Shown piece by piece: positions 25,587 to 31,139 of a stretch of DNA of 31,139 nucleotides. Numbering within the stretch: the stretch's first letter is position 1; every line of letters begins with the position of its first letter. The notes beneath the pieces are model-generated. The model saw only the letters and a program-made list of their open reading frames with translations. It did not search any database and had not been told where the DNA came from. This DNA is from Candidatus Woesearchaeota archaeon (GTDB lineage: Archaea; Nanobdellota; Nanobdellia; Woesearchaeales; UBA583). The DNA lies in the NCBI GenBank assembly GCA_041598975.1, contig JBFHXM010000001.1:1-31139 (forward strand), written 5' to 3'. The translations under genes were made by a program, and so were the position numbers.

Positions 25587-26666
25587 ATGGGTTTGAAGTT
25601 TGGTCTTATAAGTTTGGGAAGTGTTTCATCAAAGATGGTTTTGAAAGAAGCAGAAAAGTATTTTGATGAGGCAGACCATATTGATTTGAGGAAGATTGAG
25701 ATTAGAATTGACAAGGAAACAAAGGTTCTTTATGACGGAAAGCCTCTTAAAAATTATGATTGCCTTTACATGAAAGGAAGTTTCAGATATTCTGGGCTTT
25801 TGTATGGACTTTCTGAAATTTACAAGGATAAGTGCTTTGTACCTATTGACCCTAGTTCCCATATTATTGCACATAATAAATTTATGACGCATTTATATTT
25901 TTCACAAAATAAAAATTTGAAGATGCCTGATACTTATTTTGCAGCGAAGGTTTCAGAGACGAAGGAGTTTTTGAAGACTCTTAATTATCCTATTATTTTG
26001 AAGTTTCCTTCTGGAACTCATGGGAAAGGAGTTATTTTTGCAGAGAGTTATTCAAGCGCGACTTCTATGGTGGATGCTCTTGATGTTTTCAAGCAGCCGG
26101 TTATTATTCAGGATTATGTAAATGTTAAAAGTGATATCCGAGTTATTGTTGCAGGAGATAAAGTTGTTGGGTCCATGAGGAGGATTGCAAAAGGTGACGA
26201 GGTTAGGGCTAATGCTCATTTGGGAGGAGATGCTGAACCTTATATTGTTACACCAACAATCAAGCAAATGTCTGTTGAGGCGGCAAAGAAGATTAAGGCG
26301 AGTATTTGTGCGATAGATTTGATTGAGAGCGATTATGGTCCTCAGATACTTGAAGTTAACACTTCTCCAGGTTTGCAAAAAATTACGGAGGTTACTAAGA
26401 AGAATATTGCAGATGAGATTGCAAAGTATTTGTTTGATGAGACGAAAAAGCTTAAAGAAGGCAAGGATAAAATCAAGACTAAGGATGTTATGACTGATTT
26501 GGGGATTGCAGAGATTGGAGCAAGAGAGTTTGAAGTTGAACTTGACGTTAGAAATGGAAAGATTATCATGCCCGAGTTTGCTTATAAAATGTCTGGACTT
26601 AAGGAAGGTGAGGATGTTATTTATAGAATTTCCAAGAATAAAATTGAGATTGTTAAGAACAATTAG
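25587..26666 (+). CDS. rimK: RimK-type ATP-grasp alpha-L-glutamate ligase with a C-terminal AbrB-like extension
   Basis: YPIILKFPSGTHGKGV, IIQDYV, DIRVIV, RANAHLGG, IDL...GPQILEVNTSPGL, closer to RimK than to LysX. Confidence 0.85.
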   Translation: MGLKFGLISLGSVSSKMVLKEAEKYFDEADHIDLRKIEIRIDKETKVLYDGKPLKNYDCLYMKGSFRYSGLLYGLSEIYKDKCFVPIDPSSHIIAHNKFMTHLYFSQNKNLKMPDTYFAAKVSETKEFLKTLNYPIILKFPSGTHGKGVIFAESYSSATSMVDALDVFKQPVIIQDYVNVKSDIRVIVAGDKVVGSMRRIAKGDEVRANAHLGGDAEPYIVTPTIKQMSVEAAKKIKASICAIDLIESDYGPQILEVNTSPGLQKITEVTKKNIADEIAKYLFDETKKLKEGKDKIKTKDVMTDLGIAEIGAREFEVELDVRNGKIIMPEFAYKMSGLKEGEDVIYRISKNKIEIVKNN

Positions 26667-26696
26667 GTTTATAATTGGGAACTTGTTAGTAAATTT

Positions 26697-26954
26697 ATGG
26701 GAAAGGTTAAAGATTTAGCAGAGATTTTTGTTCCAGGTTTAGTAAATTATGCTTTGCTTATTGGTTTGACTTATGGTATTAATAATGTTTCTTTTCAAGT
26801 TCAAGAGCGTTTATTTGGTTTAGAGAGTTCTATTTTACGAGCAGAGAGGATTTTAAAACATGGTGAACTGAACCCTTATAATCCTGCTAGAGCTTTAGTT
26901 TTGGGTGTTGAGGTAAGTGCAACAAATTATTTGATTAGTAAGGATAAATTGTAA
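26697..26954 (+). CDS. small hypothetical protein
   Basis: 85-aa ATG ORF, co-oriented, one hydrophobic stretch. Confidence 0.5.
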   Translation: MGKVKDLAEIFVPGLVNYALLIGLTYGINNVSFQVQERLFGLESSILRAERILKHGELNPYNPARALVLGVEVSATNYLISKDKL

Positions 26955-27002
26955 TGTTTTTTATCCAAGTTTTTAATTTTTTTCCGATAGTTGAACAAAA
27001 AA

Positions 27003-27010
27003 TTTATAAA
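27003..27010 (+). promoter_or_regulatory. putative TATA box upstream of the structured radA leader
   Basis: TTTATAAA about 24 nt before the first helix of the structured region. Confidence 0.5.
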
Positions 27011-27033
27011 TATGTTTCATTATAATCTTTCTT

Positions 27034-27149
27034 ATCTAAGAATTTAGCCTTAGATGGTTTTTCCAGTTTTGCATTGATTTGCCTTGGCGCCTTTTCTGTC
27101 TTGCCGAAAAACTGGTAAAAGGGCTAAAAAACATAATTAATGTTTTAGC
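27034..27149 (+). ncRNA. candidate structured leader or ncRNA upstream of radA
   Basis: Helices ATCTAAG/CTTAGAT and CCAGTTTT/AAAACTGG; GCTAAA(A) 27123-27129 has two alternative partners; relatively GC-rich core. Confidence 0.45.
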
Positions 27150-27193
27150 AGAAGTTGTAGTAAAACAGTGTTTTTATTACGGAGATATTTAAA

Positions 27194-28153
27194 ATGACAG
27201 ATAAAAAAAAAGAATATACTATCGAGGATTTACCAGGTGTTGGACCTTCAACTGCTGAGAAATTGAGGGCTGCAGGTGTTGATACATTGCTTGCTATTGC
27301 TGTTGCTTCCATTGGTGTTTTAACAGAGGAGGCAGGTGTGAGTGAGAGCGTTGCAAGAAAAATGATTCAAGCTGCAAGAGATATGCTTGACATGGGTTTT
27401 GAGACTGGAGCGACTATTTTAGAAAAAAGACAAAATGTTAAAAAGATTAGTTCTTCAAGTGAAGGATTTGATGAGATTATGGGCGGTGGTTTTGAAACAG
27501 GTGCGATTACTGAACTTTATGGGGAGTTTGGTAGTGGTAAAACACAGGTTGCTCATCAGTTAGCAGTTAATGTACAGATTCCTGAAGAAGATGGAGGTCT
27601 TGGCGGCAAGGTTATTTACATTGATACTGAAAATACTTTCAGGCCGGAGAGAATTTTACAGATGTGCAAGAGAGCAGGCATGGATTCTAATGAGGTTTTG
27701 AAGAATATTAAGATTGCAAGAGCTTATAATTCAGATCACCAAATGCTTCTTTCTGAGAAGGCAGAAGATTTGCTTAAAACAGGCGAGTATAAATTGTTAA
27801 TTGTGGATTCTCTTACTGCGCATTTCAGAGCAGAGTTTATTGGAAGGGGAACACTTTCAGAGAGACAGCAAAAGTTGAACAAACACATGCATCAGTTACT
27901 TAAAGTTGCTGATATGTACAATTGCTGTGTGATTGTGACTAATCAGGTTATGGCTAAACCTAATGTGATGTTTGGGGACCCTACTCAAGCTATTGGTGGA
28001 CATATTGTTGGGCACAGTTCCACTTTTAGGATTTATTTGAGGAAAGGAAAAAAAGGTTCAAGGGTTGCAAAGCTTGTTGACAGTCCTAATTTACCGGAGC
28101 TTGATTGCATGTTTTTTGTGAATGAGGGTGGAATTTCCGATAAGGAAGAGTAA
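27194..28153 (+). CDS. radA: DNA repair and recombination protein RadA
   Basis: N-terminal Hh[10 protein letters not shown], Walker [42 protein letters not shown]; SD-like GGAGA at 27181. Confidence 0.97.
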   Translation: MTDKKKEYTIEDLPGVGPSTAEKLRAAGVDTLLAIAVASIGVLTEEAGVSESVARKMIQAARDMLDMGFETGATILEKRQNVKKISSSSEGFDEIMGGGFETGAITELYGEFGSGKTQVAHQLAVNVQIPEEDGGLGGKVIYIDTENTFRPERILQMCKRAGMDSNEVLKNIKIARAYNSDHQMLLSEKAEDLLKTGEYKLLIVDSLTAHFRAEFIGRGTLSERQQKLNKHMHQLLKVADMYNCCVIVTNQVMAKPNVMFGDPTQAIGGHIVGHSSTFRIYLRKGKKGSRVAKLVDSPNLPELDCMFFVNEGGISDKEE

Positions 28154-28163
28154 TAATTTGCAC

Positions 28164-28291
28164 TTTTTTCTTATTTCTTCGTTACTTAAAGGACAGATAT
28201 AACTTGCTATTATCTGCCTTTAAGTGCCTTACATGAAAAATCAAAGATTTTTGGCGTATTGTGAATAAATTCACAACAAACTAAGAAAAAA
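28164..28291 (+). repeat. long-hairpin intergenic repeat, copy 2, with palindromic insert in the 3' outer arm
   Basis: CTTAAAGG-A-CAGAT...T-ATCTG-CCTTTAAG inner stem followed by TGCCTT; outer TTTTTTCTTA/TAAGAAAAAA. Confidence 0.85.
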
Positions 28292-28352
28292 TTACTAAAT
28301 TATTTATTTTGTAATAGAAATGTTTAAATAAAGAAAAAAATAGATTTCTTTT

Positions 28353-28631
28353 ATGGATAAAGAAAGAATTATATCTGCAACAAAAATCGGTTCTATTGTT
28401 GGAGGTCTTGTAGGTGTAACTTCTGCAGTAATTGTTTCTATAAAAAGTCCAGAATATGCACAAAGTTTAGATTATATTATTTCTTGTACTAAACAAATTC
28501 CTATAACTGAATTTAAAGGAGCAGTTGCAGGAACAGTACTTTCTATAAGTGCTCAATTTAAAGAAAATTATGTTGATAAAATGTATATATTTAATAAACC
28601 TTCATCAGTTAATTGTAATTATTACAAATAA
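28353..28631 (+). CDS. small hypothetical membrane protein (Gly-zipper-like)
   Basis: 92-aa ATG ORF with GSIVGGLVG and GAVAG hydrophobic segments. Confidence 0.55.
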   Translation: MDKERIISATKIGSIVGGLVGVTSAVIVSIKSPEYAQSLDYIISCTKQIPITEFKGAVAGTVLSISAQFKENYVDKMYIFNKPSSVNCNYYK

Positions 28632-28712
28632 ATATTTTTCTTTATATAGGATTGATTGTTATTTGATTAGGTAACATTATTTTTTAAATGAAAGATTAGA
28701 GTATTAATTAAG

Positions 28713-28958
28713 ATGGAGATGGTTCAAGATTTTGTTGATAAAAAAGAAAAGTTAGCTGATTTGCTTGAAGAGTATATGGCTAATCCTGATATTGAAAAGG
28801 AACTTGTAGATTTGGTCATTGTTTTTGCAGAAGATGAGGATTTTAAAGACAAGGCATTGTTTAAGAGTATTTTTTCTGATGTTATGGAATATTTGCATGA
28901 TCTTTCCAGAAAAGAGATTAAGCAGAGAGTTTTAATGATTAGAAGCTATCTAGATTAA
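28713..28958 (+). CDS. small acidic helical hypothetical protein
   Basis: 81-aa ATG ORF, TATA-like TTTAAATG about 23 nt upstream. Confidence 0.7.
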   Translation: MEMVQDFVDKKEKLADLLEEYMANPDIEKELVDLVIVFAEDEDFKDKALFKSIFSDVMEYLHDLSRKEIKQRVLMIRSYLD

Positions 28959-29093
28959 TTTTTTCTTATTTCTTCGTTATTTTCAGGATGAATGTAGCGC
29001 TGCTAATGACAATCAAAGATTCTCAGAAAATTATTTCTCATAAATTCGAAAGAATTTACTATTCACCTAAAAATGCCTTGAAATAATTAAAAA
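28959..29093 (+). repeat. long-hairpin intergenic repeat, copy 3, with a 53-nt insert in the apical stem
   Basis: TTTTCAGG-A-TGAAT-GTAGCGCTGCTA...C-T-ATTCA-CCTAAAAA, then TGCCTTGAAATA; outer TTATTTC/GAAATAA. Confidence 0.85.
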
Positions 29094-29178
29094 TTATTCG
29101 AAATTATTATGTTATAATTTGTTTTTTCTTTTTGTAGTAGGTATAAAAGTTTTAATTATCTGAAGTTTTGAAATTATT

Positions 29179-29847
29179 ATGGGTATTACAAGAATGTTGT
29201 TTAATTCTATGGTCGTGAATAGGAATCCTGCTAAAAGGTTGGAGCAGGAAAGGGATAAGATTTTGAAATTTTTGTATGATATTCAGGCACTTGAGTCTAA
29301 ACTTTGGGGAGTTATTATCAAGGATATTAACGCTAATGAGGAGAAGGTTTTAGAGGATAGCAATCATTTAATTTATTTGTATTCAAGAGGAAAACATCAG
29401 GATTTGCATAAGATTTTGAAGAAGAAGGATTTTAAGGCATTTTTGAAGGATTTAAATGATTTGAAGAAGGATTTTAATTTGCTTAAGAAGACTATTAAGG
29501 ATAAAGATAGGTTGAAGCTTCTGCTTTCCAATTTTACAATCAAACTTGTGGATGCGAGGAATTATGATAAGTTCAAGGATGTGTTTTTGCTTGAGAGGAT
29601 GCTTTATGATGTTTTGGATAATCAGGATGATGAGCTTGCAGTTATAATTGGCGACATTTCCAAGATGAAAGTTGATACTGATGATGAGAAGTTTGATGTG
29701 TTTTTGCAGTCTTTAAAGAATATTCGTGAGATTTTGGCAGGGCATATTGAGACGCATAATCTGTTTGAAGATGAGAGAGGCGGATTTTCTAACGTGTCAA
29801 ATATTATTTATGCTTTAATTAAGATTTTCAAACAAGATTTGGATTAA
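29179..29847 (+). CDS. hypothetical helical protein
   Basis: 222-aa ATG ORF, L/K/D-rich amphipathic helices. Confidence 0.8.
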   Translation: MGITRMLFNSMVVNRNPAKRLEQERDKILKFLYDIQALESKLWGVIIKDINANEEKVLEDSNHLIYLYSRGKHQDLHKILKKKDFKAFLKDLNDLKKDFNLLKKTIKDKDRLKLLLSNFTIKLVDARNYDKFKDVFLLERMLYDVLDNQDDELAVIIGDISKMKVDTDDEKFDVFLQSLKNIREILAGHIETHNLFEDERGGFSNVSNIIYALIKIFKQDLD

Positions 29848-29913
29848 GTTTCCCCAAACCTCCCCAAATTCTTCGAATTTGCAACCGAACTTTTGATAAT
29901 CAGAAATATTTTT

Positions 29914-30645
29914 TTAGATTTTATTTGATTTTGCGTATTTCCAGAATAATTCAAATTGTTTTTTAGCAGTTTCTGCTAGTAGTTGGTTTTTTGATACTAT
30001 TCCATAAATTGGTGTTCCGTATATAATATCAATAACAGTGTCTTGGTATATGATTTTTGCAGTATTTCCTATTAGTTCTGGATTGATGAATTTGTATTTG
30101 CTAGTTTTTGCGTAGTCTAGTTTTTTAGTTCCTTTTTTGAGTATTACTTTTTCAGTTATGTTGTTATCTTTCATGAAGTTGAAAATCTTTTTAAGATACA
30201 TTGGTTCAATTTCTTCCATTTGTTTTTCGTCAATTCCAAATGTTAACACTTCTTCATTTGGTTTTAATTCTGACATAGCTTTTTTGAAAAGGTTTCTAAT
30301 TACAAATTTTCCTTTTAATATTTCAACATTTATTGAATCATCATCTTTTTTTGAATAGATTTTAAGTTCTTCAATTAGTTTAGAAAATATTTCGAGTTTT
30401 TGTTTTTGTGAGGATTCAATTTGGTTTAAGGATATTGATTTAAAATGTTTTTTATTGTTTATGAATTCTTGCGTGATATATCCTTTTTCTAATAGTCTTT
30501 CTAATGCGTAGTATACATATGGTCTGTTTTGTCCTGTTTCTTTTGCAACTTGAGTTGCGCTTTGTGAGCCTTTTTTTATAAGTGTTAAAAATATTTCTAT
30601 TTCATTTTCTGTAAGTCCAAACTCTTCGAGTATTTGTGTGTTCAT
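29914..30645 (-). CDS. TrmB-family transcriptional regulator
   Basis: LEEFGLTENEIEIFLTL...SATQVAKETGQNRPYVYYALERLLEKGYI wHTH plus a C-terminal effector domain. Confidence 0.9.
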   Translation of the reverse strand: MNTQILEEFGLTENEIEIFLTLIKKGSQSATQVAKETGQNRPYVYYALERLLEKGYITQEFINNKKHFKSISLNQIESSQKQKLEIFSKLIEELKIYSKKDDDSINVEILKGKFVIRNLFKKAMSELKPNEEVLTFGIDEKQMEEIEPMYLKKIFNFMKDNNITEKVILKKGTKKLDYAKTSKYKFINPELIGNTAKIIYQDTVIDIIYGTPIYGIVSKNQLLAETAKKQFELFWKYAKSNKI

Positions 30646-30740
30646 AGTTTTATTAGTGTTTTGTTATTTATATGTGTTTGTTTTGTTGTAATAATTATTA
30701 CAACATTGTTTTTTATATTTTTTAAGACTCTTTAAAAGTA

Positions 30741-31139
30741 ATGAAAATTGAAGCTATTTCTTTGGAAACTGAAAAAATATTTAATTATTATAGAAGTAAA
30801 TATAGGCCTAATAGCTTTAGATTTGAAGACAGCTGGGCATATATTATTCAAGCTTGTAGAAAAAATGGAAAAGTAATTCAATATAAAGATAATGTTGTTT
30901 TTACTGGAGAACATTCTGAAGATGATAGTATAATTCTTGTAAATCATTTTGGAAATTTATTTGATTTACTAAAATTAGTTGAAGAAATTAAGACAAAAAA
31001 TAAAAAAGTAATATATAAAAATGTCAATCCTTATGATTTACCTGTTTTTTTGAGTAATGGATTTAGACTATATAATTCTGATGAAAGATGGAATAATAAT
31101 TCGAAATATGATGATCAAACTTATCCTCAACAGATTATA
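30741..31139 (+). CDS. partial CDS running off the window edge, divergent from the TrmB gene; product uncertain (possibly GNAT-fold/DUF2156-like)
   Basis: Manual translation from ATG 30741 is open for 133 codons (MKIEAISLETEKIFNYYRSK...FEDSWAYIIQACRKNG...DDQTYPQQII); the family guess is weak recall only. Confidence 0.75.
   Translation, partial: MKIEAISLETEKIFNYYRSKYRPNSFRFEDSWAYIIQACRKNGKVIQYKDNVVFTGEHSEDDSIILVNHFGNLFDLLKLVEEIKTKNKKVIYKNVNPYDLPVFLSNGFRLYNSDERWNNNSKYDDQTYPQQII

Noticed and set aside
27034-27149. 5S rRNA, SRP RNA, RNase P RNA or a known riboswitch
   Set aside because: None of their hallmark motifs (CCGAAC, GNRA helix 8 with AGCAG, GAGGAAAGUCC) could be placed on either strand by eye.
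124-28463. Numerous 60-130-aa ORFs nested in or antisense to the called genes
   Set aside because: They overlap genes with clear family motifs and have no motifs of their own; this is expected in AT-rich, skewed DNA.
28985-29015. Fluoride riboswitch look-alike (GATG...GCTAATGAC)
   Set aside because: The P1 helix cannot form, the site is 3' of a gene, and it arises from the junction of the hairpin repeat and its insert.
30732-30947. 71-aa minus-strand ORF from the track
   Set aside because: It is the antisense shadow of the longer + strand ORF starting at 30741.
1-31139. Stop-codon reassignment suggested by the aRF1 NIKD loop
   Set aside because: Conserved genes end at their expected C-termini with TAA, TAG and TGA, and no in-frame stops interrupt conserved domains.
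1-31139. CRISPR array, transposase or integrase
   Set aside because: No regularly spaced repeat-spacer series and no DDE, HUH or tyrosine/serine recombinase motifs in any ORF.

Overview
AT-rich archaeal chromosomal segment. Markers are aRF1, aIF6, RadA, eL41, a TrmB regulator and class III signal-peptide pilins; a DPANN/Woesearchaeota-like source is my inference. Contents: RNA methyltransferases (RsmB/NOP2 family, RlmN), a type IV pilus/Tad-like cluster (8946-15591) with two uncharacterised upstream genes, trxB, a Cys-less ThiF/E1-like gene, tRNA-Trp(CCA), tRNA-Arg(CCT), several bacterial-type genes (gmk, MetRS1-type metG, rlmN, mpg, rimB-like/rimK), radA and many hypotheticals. The most unusual signals are non-coding. 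(i) A three-copy family of ~80-nt rod-like hairpins sits right after stop codons, shows multiple compensatory base changes and carries nested palindromic inserts. (ii) Both tRNA genes are flanked by partial copies of themselves at ~115-nt offset, with hairpin-rich filler. (iii) radA has a structured, switch-like leader. The ORF track missed the 34-aa eL41 gene and a 3'-truncated ORF at the right edge. No CRISPR array, transposase or integrase was seen.
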